Assembly (NCBI GenBank): GCA_964016885.1
Contig: OZ024741.1
Location: forward strand, 413,168,001 to 413,232,000
Reading direction: 5' to 3'
DNA from: Eledone cirrhosa
Lineage: Eukaryota
DNA length: 64,000 bases
In this document: positions 1-10,696 of the stretch, one piece after another
How the letters are laid out: each line of letters opens with the position of its first letter
How positions within the stretch are numbered: position 1 is the stretch's first letter
The notes under the pieces: model-generated
What the model saw: only the letters and a program-made list of their open reading frames with translations
Database searches by the model: none
What the model was told of the DNA's origin: nothing
Position numbers and translations under genes: made by a program

Positions 1-1474
1 TGGGGGTGAATATTACACCAGTTTCACTTTGGAGGTGAATATTACACCAGTTTCAATTTGGGGTGAATATTACACCAGTTTCACTTTGGAGGTGAATATA
101 ACACTAGTTTCAATTTGGGAGTGAATATTACACCAGTTTCATTTTGGGGGTGTATATTACACCAGTTTCACTTTGGAGGGGTATATTACACCTGTTTCAC
201 TTTGGGGGTGAATATTACACCAGTTTCAGTTTGGAGGGGAACGTTACACCGGTTTTGCTTTGCAGGTGAATATTACACCTGTTTTACTTTGGAGGGGAAT
301 ATTACACCTGTTTCACTTTGGGGGTGGGGATATTACACCTGTTTCACTTTGGAGGGGAATATTACACCTGTTTTAATTTGGAGGGGAATATTACACCAGT
401 TTCACTTTTGAGGGGAATATTACACCAGTTTCACTTTGGAGGTGAATGTTACACCAGTTTCACTTTGGGGGTGAATATTACACCAGTTTCACTTTGGAGG
501 GGAATATTACACCAGTTTCACTTTGGGGGTGAATATTACACCAGTTTCACTTTGGAGGTGAATATTACACCACTTTCAATCTGGAGGGGAATATTACTGC
601 AGTTTTACTTTGGACGTGAATATTACAGCAGTTTTACTTTGGGGTTAAATATTTCACCAGTTTCAATTTGGGGGAGAATATTACACCAGATTCACCTTGG
701 AGGAGAATATTACACCAGCTTAACTTGGAGGTGAATATTACACTTGTTTCACTTTGGAGGTGAATATTACACCAGTTTCACTTTGGAGGTGAATATTACA
801 CTTGTTTCACTTTGGAGGGGAATATTACACCAGTTTTACTTTGGTGGTGAATATTACACCAGTTTCACTTTGGGGGTGAATATTACACCACTTTTACTTT
901 GGGGGTGAATATTAAATAAGAGTCAATTTGGAGGGGAATATTACACCAGTTTCACTCTGGAGGTGAATATTACACCAGTTTCACTCTGGAGGTGAATATT
1001 ACACCAGTTTCACTCTGGAGGTGAATATTACACCAGTTTCACTTGGGGGGGGGGGGTAATATTACACCAGTTTCACTTTGGAGGGTAATATTACACCAGT
1101 TTCACTTTGGGGGTGAATATTACACCAGTTTCACTTTAGGGGGGGATATTACACCAGTTTCACTTTGGAGGGTAATATTACACCAGTTTCACTTTGGGGG
1201 TGAATATTACACCAGTTTCACCTTGAAGTTGAATATTACACCAGTTTCACTTTGGGGTGAATATTACACCAGTTTGACTTTGGGAGTGAATATTACACTG
1301 GTTTCACTTTGCAGGGGAATATTACACCAGTTTCAATTTCTAGGGGAATATTACACTAGTTTCACTTTGGAGGGGAATATTACACCTGTTTTACTTTGGA
1401 GGGGAATATTACACCAGTTTCACTTTAGGAGTGAATATTAGACCAGGTTCACTTTAGGGGTGAATATTACACCT
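1..1474. repeat. ~30-bp minisatellite (TTTGGAGGTGAATATTACACCAGTTTCAC)n, runs off window start
   Basis: Roughly 49 tandem copies visible; the unit contains the imperfect palindrome GGTGAATATTACACC. Confidence 0.97.
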
Positions 1475-1585
1475 ACCTTTTAAAAGGGTTCTATGCCCCA
1501 AGCTTTAAACAGGGTTTTTTTTACAATTTTCCCAATTTAACTGGTAAAATTTTAACTTTATGTTTTTTATTATATTTATTTATTT

Positions 1586-1824
1586 GTCCTTTTAGTTACC
1601 AAACCAGCCAAAAGCAGTTCTGGTTCTATTAAATAACCCCCTCCCCCATTTTAAAGTTTTCCAATTTAAATTAAAATCTTCCAACATAAATTTATATAAG
1701 AACCTTACATTAATTTACTGTCTTAGTAATGAAATAATTACTAATTTTAATAAATCCCTCAGAATTCTTCATTAAATAATTAAAAGTGTGTATTTCATTA
1801 GAAATGTGCTGATGAAAGGGTTAA
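1586..1824. mobile_element. Decayed non-autonomous DNA transposon (TTAA-CCC terminus, piggyBac-like MITE)
   Basis: Right end AAAGGGTTAA; left end degenerate (TCCTTTTAGTTACC); a similar end occurs near 19315. Confidence 0.3.
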
Positions 1825-1914
1825 TGTATTTCTTTAACTAAACCAATCAATTATTTAATTAATAATCAATAATACGTAACAACTTCACACATGATTTTAT
1901 ATAAATATATTTTT

Positions 1915-2360
1915 ATCTCCCCCTCCCTCTATCTCCCTCTCTCTCTCCCTCCCTCTCTCACCCTCTTTCTCCCTCTCTCTCTCTTTACTCTATCTCTTCC
2001 TCCCCCTCGCCCCCTCCATCTCTCTCTCACCCCTATCTCTTTTCTTCCCCCTCTCTCTATCTCCCCCTGTCCCCCTCTCTCTATCTCCTCCCTCTCCCCC
2101 CTCCCCCCTCTTTCCCTCTCTCTCATTTTATTTCATAATAATCATGGTGATTGGCTTCATTGAAATTCAAGTACTCATCAACCAATACACACACACACAT
2201 ATATACATACACACACACACACACACACCCACATATATACATACACACACACCCACATATATACACACACGCAGACACACATATATATATATATATATGT
2301 GTGTGTGTATGTATGTATATATATATATATATGTGGGTGCGGGTGTGAGTGTATATATAT
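1915..2360. repeat. CT-rich then CA/TA/TG microsatellites
   Basis: Direct reading of low-complexity tracts. Confidence 0.95.
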
Positions 2361-2609
2361 TGTTATACTTTGGGTGGGTCATGCTGCCAATAAAAACACA
2401 TGCACCTGTTGGTTTTCACTTCAATTTACTATAAACTCACAATCGGTTATTTAAATAACTGGATGGTTCTTTAGTTGTTGATTGTCAAAGGTCTTTTGTC
2501 ACACATTCTATGACTTCAGTGACTGACTACCTTTGTTGTTATTTTGTGTCCTACACCATCTTGTTTTTGTGGGCTGTCATAAATATATATATATATACAA
2601 GTATATATA

Positions 2610-2670
<61 letters not shown>

Positions 2671-2674
<4 letters not shown>

Positions 2675-2980
2675 ATGTATATATTGTGTATTTTGCAATA
2701 CACTGTATGCTTAATTAAAAGCATTTCGAATACCTTATGCTATTGTTTTAGAGTAGTGATAGACTCACTTACTTTAATTTTCAGCAAACAGGGGAGATAA
2801 TGCTGACAGGGTCCTGTTTCACATTTATTGATGTTATCAAAGCCAACTACTCCTCCTGTTTGCTGAAATCATGGATGTTTGGTTCTTATAGAATTCTAGT
2901 AAATAATCAGGAACTGATTATACAGAGCGGTTGCCGGTCAAGCAGAAATTGAAAATTAGAATCGGTGCTTTGAAATAGCT
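2671..2980 (-). mobile_element. Family A HHR element, one full monomer between (TA)n tracts
   Basis: Closely similar to 3217-3506; carries a partly decayed TTGATAA...GAAA...GTC motif at about 2802-2844 (-). Confidence 0.75.
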
Positions 2981-3088
2981 ATATATATAAAAGAACGATC
3001 GACTTTCGTCAAATCGAACCGAGGGAACAATGTTTCCGTTGGTCTTTCCAATTGCTAATACTATCTATCAGTCGCAACTCCCGGTAGA

Positions 3089-3208
3089 AGGAGCAACGTG
3101 AAATAAAGTGTCTTGCTCAAGGACATAACACATCGCCTGGTCCAGGAATCGAACTCACAACCCTACGATTGCGAATCCAATTCTCTAACCACTCAGCCAC
3201 ACGCGCTC
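3089..3208 (-). mobile_element. tRNA-derived SINE 5' part
   Basis: On the minus strand: A box TGGCTGAGTGG, B box GAGTTCGATTCC, then CCTTGAGCAAGACACTTT, shared with the SINE at 33635. Confidence 0.85.
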
Positions 3209-3213
3209 TCTCT

Positions 3214-3644
3214 ATATATGGATGTATATATAGTGTATTTTGCAATACACTGTATGCTTAATTAAAAGCATTTCGAAGACCTTATGCTATTGATTTAGAG
3301 TAGTGACAGTCTCACTTACTTTAATTTTCAGCAAACAGGGGAGATAAAGCTGACAGGGCCCTGTTTCGCATTTATTGATGCTTATCAAAGCCAACTACTC
3401 CTCCTGTTTGCTGAAATCATGGATGTTTGATTCTTATAGAATTCTAGTAAATAATCAGGAACTGATTATAGAGAACGGTTGCCGGTCAAGCAGAAATTGA
3501 AAATTAAAGTAAGTGAGTCTGTCACTACTCTAAGACAATAGCATAAGGTCTTCGAAATGCTTTTAATTAAGCATACAGTGTATTGCAAAATGCACTATAT
3601 ATACATTCATATATATATAGCTATTTCAGAGCACCAATTCTAAT
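3214..3644. mobile_element. Family A HHR element with fold-back (arms ~3214-3330 / ~3498-3620) plus 24-nt tail
   Basis: The right arm is the reverse complement of the left; the switch occurs at the shared TGAAAATTA; flanked by TA repeats. Confidence 0.8.
3348..3392 (-). ncRNA. Type I hammerhead ribozyme, U3-A8 variant (family A)
   Basis: ggct TTGATAA gcat-caataa-atgc GAAA cagggccct GTC agct. Stems I-III pair; stem I is extended by ttcagcaaacagg/cctgtttgctgaa. Confidence 0.8.
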
Positions 3645-3815
3645 ATATATATAATGTATTTTTAACTCTGATACTGGTTCAGTCTAGTTCAACCGGATTG
3701 GTCTGTCCCAGTCATTCATTGAGCAACATCGGTGAGGTTGGCACCCTTAACTCACGGTTGGGTGTGGATGCATTCATGTATATGTGTGTGTCCGCATGTA
3801 TCTGTGTGCTTCTAA

Positions 3816-3858
<43 letters not shown>

Positions 3859-3864
<6 letters not shown>

Positions 3865-4355
3865 AGATTTGAATGGATACAGTTTAGTTGAAAGGAATTT
3901 ATTGACACGTGTTTCTATAACAGTTACATAACCTAAAACAGCTGCTATCTACAAACTTTTAGTTATGCAGACATTCAATATTTCAATGTTATTATTTACT
4001 GTCATTTCATCAGAATAATATTACTGAGGACCTATTTAGTTTTTATAGAGAATATTCTCTATAAAAACTAAATAGGTCCTCAGTAATATTATTCTGATGA
4101 AATGACAGTAAATAATAACATTGAAATATTGAATGTCTGCATAACTAAAAGTTTGTAGATAGCAGCTGTTTTAGGTTATGTAACTGTTATAGAAACACGT
4201 GTCAATAAATTCCTTTCAACTAAACTGTATCCATTCAAATCTTTCTATTTTTCTCCGGATTACTTTTGGAACTACAACTGGAACCGTCGAGCAAACTCTA
4301 CGTGAGCTGATAATCTACTGTGTGTAATATTTATATTACAACACAACGGAAAATA

Positions 4356-4358
<3 letters not shown>
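3859..4358 (+). mobile_element. Family B HHR element: spacerless 390-bp palindrome (3859-4248) plus 110-nt tail
   Basis: Arms mirror about 4053|4054 with no mismatch found by eye; long (TA)n on both sides. Confidence 0.85.
4089..4208 (+). ncRNA. Type I hammerhead ribozyme with long branched stem II (family B); mirror copy 3899-4018 (-)
   Basis: ttatt CTGATGA a-atgacagt...actgttat-a GAAA c-acgt-GTC aataa; palindromic stem III as in PLE minimal HHRs. Confidence 0.75.
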
Positions 4359-4444
<86 letters not shown>

Positions 4445-4447
4445 CAT

Positions 4448-4495
<48 letters not shown>

Positions 4496-4499
<4 letters not shown>

Positions 4500-5014
4500 G
4501 GAAAAAATGAAACGATATTTCATTTCCCACTCTTAGTACGGCTGTTACTTAAATATAAGTATGTACACGTACATACATATATGTATACCGACGTACAGTA
4601 GTATGTATATATATATATATACATACATGCACACATATATATATGCACGTATGGATTCACCGAACATTTATTATAATGCTCGGTGTGTTTGTAAACAAAC
4701 ATCCCGTATTAAGCCGTAGTGTCTAGCAACCACCGTTTCTCGTTTGTTCAACACTGACAAAGGAACGCTGTACTAGTTTCAAGCCTGTTAGCTATCGTCA
4801 GCAACGTATACCTTCCTGCCAGATTGTTGAACGTATATACTTACCTTATGCTTACCTTATATATATACTTACCTTGTTTACAAACACACCGAGCATTATA
4901 ATAAATGTTCGGTGAATCCATACGTGCATATATATATGTGTGCATGTATGTATATATATATATACATACTACTGTACGTCGGTATACATATATGTATGTA
5001 CGTGTACATACTTA
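4496..5014 (-). mobile_element. Family C HHR element with inverted arm (4874-5014 mirrors ~4553-4699)
   Basis: Homologous to 23961-24587; TA-flanked; small CTTACCTT stutters at the inversion junction. Confidence 0.8.
4766..4806 (-). ncRNA. Minimal type I hammerhead ribozyme (family C)
   Basis: cgttg CTGACGA t-agct-aaca-ggct-t GAAA cta GTA cagcg. Confidence 0.85.
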
Positions 5015-5025
5015 TATATATATAT

Positions 5026-5102
5026 AACGAAGGAAGTTTGGTAATGAACCAGGTGGACCATAACGCACCAGAGTACTCAATACTTAGGGTAGTAGAGTGG
5101 GA
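5026..5102 (-). mobile_element. Family D tail fragment
   Basis: Matches the reverse complement of 10577-10655. Confidence 0.8.
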
Positions 5103-5130
5103 CTTGAACATTTTCCTAATATATATATAT

Positions 5131-5385
5131 AGTAATAATAATAAATGTGAAAACTAAGATCCACGCTCCATATAACGACGTATTATCTGCACTTTTTTCC
5201 GTTCATTGCCAGGGAACGTCTTCACGAACCAAAGTATCGTCTTCCTGTTTTCCTTCGGTTGCAACGTTTTTCGAAATATTTACTTCTGCGTTCACAGATT
5301 CATCTTTTTAGTTTCAGAAGATCCCGTTAAGGGTGAAACAGCGATTCTTTGCTGAAACTTTAATCTGTTATTTTAATAAATGAAT
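5131..5385 (+). mobile_element. TA-flanked island with decayed HHR (core partly deleted)
   Basis: t-ccc-gttaa-ggg-t GAAA cagc at 5322-5342, enclosed by agtttcag/ctgaaact and acagatt/aatctgt; no intact CTGANGA. Confidence 0.45.
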
Positions 5386-5913
5386 ATATATATATATATA
5401 TATAGGGGAGGGTCATATTTGCGTAATATTGCCAGAATTAATAACAGAACACACTCACTGTTTGGTTGGTTTTCGCTTCTCGCTGTCTTTTATATATATG
5501 TATCTGCGATCTAACTTACTCGGTCCTCAATGTTGCCATTGACTGACCGGCGGTCAAAAATAATACAGATACAATATAGACAAACACATATATATATAGT
5601 TTACATAAATCTTTCGTTGCACATCTGCAACATCGTCAGTGGTGTTATATTCATTGTTCCTCCTGTTGTGTTGTATGTCTACGCCATTTTTTTTTTGTTC
5701 AGTCTGTCTATATATTTATTTATTTATTTGCTTGTTTGTTTATCTTATTTTATTTTGTCTTCTTTGCGCATGCGTTTGCGTGTGTGTATAGTGTTATGTG
5801 TGATGTGTGACTAGTGTGTATAGTGTTGTGTCTGCTGGGTGACTAGTGTGTGTTTATGTGCTTGTGTATGTATTTATTTATCTTATTTTATTTAATTTAA
5901 TTTACTTATTTAT

Positions 5914-7806
5914 TTATACTTCTCTTAGGTCAGTGTTGTTTGTTTGGGTGTTGTTGTTGTTCCACTCATTCTTTCTGTTTAGCTTTGGTCTTCTAATTTT
6001 TATTTCACTGGCCTCTCTGATTTGCCTATCTGCTGGGTCATTCCTATGTTTAGATATTATTCTAATTTCTATGTTGTCTATGTTACCGTCATGATGTTGT
6101 CTAGCATGTTCGTATAGTACTGACCCGTTTTTTCGTCCTTTTAGTTCCCCCCAGTGTTGGTCTATCCTTTCACCTATGCTACGAGCTGTCTCACCTATGT
6201 ATGTTGTTGTCGTGTTTCTGCAAGTACCCTCTGTACATCTTATGCTATAGACTACGTTTCTAGTTTTACAGTTTATCCGGGGGTTCACCTTACATATGAT
6301 ACATTTCCTATTGGTACAGTGGGTTTTCTTAAAAGGGTAGGTTTTGCTGATCAGGGATTTTATGGTGGTTCCTGGCTTTTCTACCACCTTTATTTTTAAG
6401 TGGGTCTTTCTCAGGGCCTTTCTACACTGGTTAGCTAATTTCCCTCCAGGGGTGGCGTCCACAAACATGACACTCTGATATCTCTGGTTGTCGTACCATG
6501 ATGTGGCCTTCCCTATCTTATGTCTAGCCCTATCTAAGCTATTCCATGATTTGCTCCTGTATAGTGGGCAAATTCCTTTCATGTCCAGTTCTATGAGGGT
6601 CTTATACTTTTCCATGGCTCCTTCGTATACTCTGACTCTGTCTCTTTGGTTGTAGCCAGAGAACTGCATGCGGTTGATGAAGTGTTGGATGTGTCCTTCC
6701 ATTTCTGTTGGGTCGCACATGCTGGACACATTCTTCATCACTCGTACCAAATCTGCGATCAGAATATTAAACTTAGCACTACTGGACATTGCTGAGTTTT
6801 TGAGTATCAGGTATTTGGAGGCCATGGGTTTAGCATAGTGTGAGTGGAGAATTTGGGCTCTCTCGTCTATAGTGTTAATCCAGAGTTCTGTGTCTAATAC
6901 AGGTAGTCTATTGTTAGGGTGTTTGGAAGGGAAGTCTATAGTTACAGTTATACTCTGGTGTATGGAATTAGCTATCTGCTGGATGCTTTCCATCGTGCTA
7001 CGTTCTAAATCAAACTTGTTAGTGCTCTCTAGTGGGGGTGTTCTTATAACTATATTGATATCGTCTACATAACGAGAGTACATGATGAGGTCTATGGAGC
7101 TATTATTAAGGAGATCTTTAAGACTCCTTTCCCACCATACCATGAAAAGGTTGGCAACATCGCCAGCTATGCTGACGCCGATGGCTGCTCCCTCATTTTG
7201 GGTGTAGATTTTCTCATTGAACTTAAATATGTGGCCCTTTAGGGTAGTTTTGATACTAGCCCCTATTGCATGTGCGACCATTTTTCTTACCTGATCAGTG
7301 TTTTGGGGGGTCCGTATAGCTTTGGTCCACCCAATCCACCTTCCTATGGGAGTCTTTTTAGCCATTGAGGTTATGGTGGGGGGTCTACCTCTTATAGGTC
7401 TACTAGGGCAGAAACATCTAAGGTCATGGCTGTCTAGGTAGTCAGTGTCGTAGGTAAGTCTAAGTAGGAGGCCCAGTTCGTCTGTGTCGACGTCGCAGAA
7501 CTCCACCTCACTCTCAATGATCATCTCCACACATCTTTTCACAGCAAAATCAATGTTAATGGATGGGTACAGTGACACCACATCCATGCTGCCTATTATG
7601 CAGTTGGATAGGCTCCTGTTTTTGTTGCACTCACTGATTCTGCTGAGGAGGTCCTCTGTACTTTCACATACATCTGGGGACATCTTGATTATGGGGCGTA
7701 TAACCATTGAGAGGAAGTAGGAGATCCTGTAGTTGCTAGCTATATTAGCTCCGCATACAGGTCTTGTTGGTGGTCCTATTGTCGGGTCGTCGACTGTCTT
7801 GTGGTC
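5914..7806 (-). CDS. 5'-truncated PLE reverse transcriptase + GIY-YIG endonuclease (Naiad-like, tentative)
   Basis: DHK..GPPTRPVCG, DVVSLYPSI, GAAIG, YSRYVDD, LPVLD, Cx4Cx2C linker, VVY..C..C..YIGET, two His, LNR. No internal stops. The first ~9 aa of the listed ORF come from the opposite arm. Confidence 0.93.
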   Translation of the reverse strand, partial: DHKTVDDPTIGPPTRPVCGANIASNYRISYFLSMVIRPIIKMSPDVCESTEDLLSRISECNKNRSLSNCIIGSMDVVSLYPSINIDFAVKRCVEMIIESEVEFCDVDTDELGLLLRLTYDTDYLDSHDLRCFCPSRPIRGRPPTITSMAKKTPIGRWIGWTKAIRTPQNTDQVRKMVAHAIGASIKTTLKGHIFKFNEKIYTQNEGAAIGVSIAGDVANLFMVWWERSLKDLLNNSSIDLIMYSRYVDDINIVIRTPPLESTNKFDLERSTMESIQQIANSIHQSITVTIDFPSKHPNNRLPVLDTELWINTIDERAQILHSHYAKPMASKYLILKNSAMSSSAKFNILIADLVRVMKNVSSMCDPTEMEGHIQHFINRMQFSGYNQRDRVRVYEGAMEKYKTLIELDMKGICPLYRSKSWNSLDRARHKIGKATSWYDNQRYQSVMFVDATPGGKLANQCRKALRKTHLKIKVVEKPGTTIKSLISKTYPFKKTHCTNRKCIICKVNPRINCKTRNVVYSIRCTEGTCRNTTTTYIGETARSIGERIDQHWGELKGRKNGSVLYEHARQHHDGNIDNIEIRIISKHRNDPADRQIREASEIKIRRPKLNRKNEWNNNNTQTNNTDLREV

Positions 7807-9185
7807 AGGTAAGAAAAATGGTCGCACATGCAATAGGGGCTAGTATCAAAACTACCCTAAAGGGCCACATATTTAAGTTCAATGAGAAAATCTACACCCA
7901 AAATGAGGGAGCAGCCATCGGCGTCAGCATAGCTGGCGATGTTGCCAACCTTTTCATGGTATGGTGGGAAGGGAGACTTAAAGATCTCCTTAATAATAGC
8001 TCCATAGACCTCATCATGTACTCTCGTTATGTAGACGATATCAATATAGTTATAAGAACACCCCCACTAGAGAGCACTAACAAGTTTGATTTAGAACGTA
8101 GCACGATGGAAAGCATCCAGCAGATAGCTAATTCCATACACCAGAGTATAACTGTAACTATAGACTTCCCTTCCAAACACCCTAACAATAGACTACCTGT
8201 ATTAGACACAGAACTCTGGATTAACACTATAGACGAGAGAGCCCAAATTCTCCACTCACACTATGCTAAACCCATGGCCTCCAAATACCTGATACTCAAA
8301 AACTCAGCAATGTCCAGTAGTGCTAAGTTTAATATTCTGATCGCAGATTTGGTACGAGTGATGAAGAATGTGTCCAGCATGTGCGACCCAACAGAAATGG
8401 AAGGACACATCCAACACTTCATCAACCGCATGCAGTTCTCTGGCTACAACCAAAGAGACAGAGTCAGAGTATACGAAGGAGCCATGGAAAAGTATAAGAC
8501 CCTCATAGAACTGGACATGAAAGGAATTTGCCCACTATACAGGAGCAAATCATGGAATAGCTTAGATAGGGCTAGACATAAGATAGGGAAGGCCACATCA
8601 TGGTACGACAACCAGAGATATCAGAGTGTCATGTTTGTGGACGCCACCCCTGGAGGGAAATTAGCTAACCAGTGTAGAAAGGCCCTGAGAAAGACCCACT
8701 TAAAAATAAAGGTGGTAGAAAAGCCAGGAACCACCATAAAATCCCTGATCAGCAAAACCTACCCTTTTAAGAAAACCCACTGTACCAATAGGAAATGTAT
8801 CATATGTAAGGTGAACCCCCGGATAAACTGTAAAACTAGAAACGTAGTCTATAGCATAAGATGTACAGAGGGTACTTGCAGAAACACGACAACAACATAC
8901 ATAGGTGAGACAGCTCGTAGCATAGGTGAAAGGATAGACCAACACTGGGGGGAACTAAAAGGACGAAAAAACGGGTCAGTACTATACGAACATGCTAGAC
9001 AACATCATGACGGTAACATAGACAACATAGAAATTAGAATAATATCTAAACATAGGAATGACCCAGCAGATAGGCAAATCAGAGAGGCCAGTGAAATAAA
9101 AATTAGAAGACCAAAGCTAAACAGAAAGAATGAGTGGAACAACAACAACACCCAAACAAACAACACTGACCTAAGAGAAGTATAA
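7806..9185 (+). CDS. Second, more truncated copy of the same PLE RT-GIY-YIG ORF
   Basis: Identical protein from QVRKMVAH onward except WERSL vs WEGRL; the listed N-terminus is antisense of the spacer. Confidence 0.92.
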   Translation, partial: QVRKMVAHAIGASIKTTLKGHIFKFNEKIYTQNEGAAIGVSIAGDVANLFMVWWEGRLKDLLNNSSIDLIMYSRYVDDINIVIRTPPLESTNKFDLERSTMESIQQIANSIHQSITVTIDFPSKHPNNRLPVLDTELWINTIDERAQILHSHYAKPMASKYLILKNSAMSSSAKFNILIADLVRVMKNVSSMCDPTEMEGHIQHFINRMQFSGYNQRDRVRVYEGAMEKYKTLIELDMKGICPLYRSKSWNSLDRARHKIGKATSWYDNQRYQSVMFVDATPGGKLANQCRKALRKTHLKIKVVEKPGTTIKSLISKTYPFKKTHCTNRKCIICKVNPRINCKTRNVVYSIRCTEGTCRNTTTTYIGETARSIGERIDQHWGELKGRKNGSVLYEHARQHHDGNIDNIEIRIISKHRNDPADRQIREASEIKIRRPKLNRKNEWNNNNTQTNNTDLREV

Positions 9186-9459
9186 ATAAATAAGTAAATT
9201 AAATTAAATAAAATAAGATAAATAAATACATACACAAGCACATAAACACACACTAGTCACCCAGCAGACACAACACTATACACACTAGTCACACATCACA
9301 CATAACACTATACACACACGCAAACGCATGCGCAAAGAAGACAAAATAAAATAAGATAAACAAACAAGCAAATAAATAAATAAATATATAGACAGACTGA
9401 ACAAAAAAAAAAAATGGCGTAGACATACAACACAACAGGAGGAACAATGAATATAACAC

Positions 9460-9497
9460 CACTGACGATGTTGCAGATGTGCAACGAAAGATTTATG
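9460..9497 (+). ncRNA. Minimal HHR-like motif in PLE 3' UTR; mirror copy ~5604-5641 (-)
   Basis: ca CTGACGA t-gttgca-gatg-tgcaac GAAA gat TTA tg. Core and stem II are clear; stem I is only 2 bp. Confidence 0.55.
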
Positions 9498-9764
9498 TAA
9501 ACTATATATATATGTGTTTGTCTATATTGTATCTGTATTATTTTTGACCGCCGGTCAGTCAATGGCAACATTGAGGACCGAGTAAGTTAGATCGCAGATA
9601 CATATATATAAAAGACAGCGAGAAGCGAAAACCAACCAAACAGTGAGTGTGTTCTGTTATTAATTCTGGCAATATTACGCAAATATGACCCTCCCCAAAT
9701 ATAACAATATCTGTTTCGACACACGATTTCATATAAAAAACCTCGCAAAACTAATTCATCGCCG

Positions 9765-9794
<30 letters not shown>

Positions 9795-9799
<5 letters not shown>

Positions 9800-10652
9800 A
9801 GCAAGTAAGACCCCGACGGCTGAGCTCAAGCCGTTTCGATGGCTAATTCTGGACTGAATGAAAATTTATTCTGGTATTTAAATAGCCGAGCTTATCAAGG
9901 GGTAATTCCATATATGGTCAAAGAGATAATCACCAGGATTGGTCACATCACAAGTTAGTAGTAAATCTGTGATGGCAAATTGGTGGGGAAAGGGGTAGCT
10001 AAACCTGCCGGTAGGAGAAATAGGGAGAGGGGGTGGAGTAGACCCATTCATGCGTTGGTAGTGCCGGCTACAGCTGGGCGTGAGGTCAAAGAGGATACTG
10101 AGGAGGGGGAGGGGGAGGAAATCGAAACGGTAAGTAGAACAATGAAGGGTAAAACTATAAAAGGTACTGAGAGAGAAAAAAAATAAGCAAAGTTTGGTTA
10201 CTAAGACTTAAGTCTCTCGCTATTGCTAGGCTAAAGAAATACATAAATAAATAAATAAACTCCCCCTCCCCAGTATCCTCTTTGACCTCACGCCCAGCTG
10301 TAGCCGGCACTACCAACGCATGAATGGGTCTACTCCACCCCCTCTCCCTTTTTCTCCTACCGGCAGGTTTAGCTACCCCTTTCCCCACCAATTTGCCATC
10401 ACAGATTTACTACTAACTTGTGATGTGACCAATCCTGGTGATTATCTCTTTGACCATATATGGAATTACCCCTTGATAAGCTCGGCTATTTAAATACCAG
10501 AATAAATTTTCATTAAGTCCAGAATTAGCCGTCGAAACGGCTTGAGCTCAGCCGTCGGGGTCTTACTTGTTCCTATTACCCACTCTACTACTCTAAGTAT
10601 TGAGTACTTTGGTGCGTTATGGTCCACCTGGTTCCTTACCACATTTCCTTCG

Positions 10653-10655
<3 letters not shown>
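9795..10655 (+). mobile_element. Family D HHR element, longest copy: arms 9795-10111 / 10260-10576, 148-bp spacer, 79-nt tail
   Basis: Inverted arms with about 5 differences; (TA)n on both sides. Confidence 0.88.
10468..10561 (+). ncRNA. Type I hammerhead ribozyme, U3-A8 variant (family D); mirror copy 9810-9903 (-)
   Basis: acccc TTGATAA g-ct-cggcta...tagccg-t-c GAAA cggct-tgagctc-agcc GTC ggggt; predicted cleavage after 10556. Confidence 0.82.

Positions 10656-10690
<35 letters not shown>

Positions 10691-10696
<6 letters not shown>

Larger units (their letters stand above)
5405..9765. mobile_element. Penelope-like retroelement as a divergent inverted pair (arms 5405-7294 / 7805-9696, 510-bp spacer, 69-nt tail) inserted in (TA)n
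   Basis: Arms are near-identical reverse complements, each with an RT+GIY-YIG ORF and 3' UTR; (TA)n on both flanks. Confidence 0.95.

Noticed and set aside
1-1474. CRISPR-like array of ~30-bp partly palindromic repeats, and ORFs 115-1441
   Set aside because: Units are contiguous with no unique spacers and no cas genes; the context is eukaryotic; the ORFs are repeat translations.
1809-1824. CTGATGA as an HHR core
   Set aside because: No stem II/GAAA/NUH arrangement follows; it is part of a transposon-like terminus.
7764-7833. Start codons of the two PLE ORFs as real N-termini
   Set aside because: Both lie in antisense sequence of the opposite copy across the inversion junction.
5914-9765. 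Selenocysteine recoding / SECIS as in some Naiad PLEs
   Set aside because: No in-frame TGA, the ORF ends at TAA after the complete endonuclease, and no convincing SECIS stem was found by eye.
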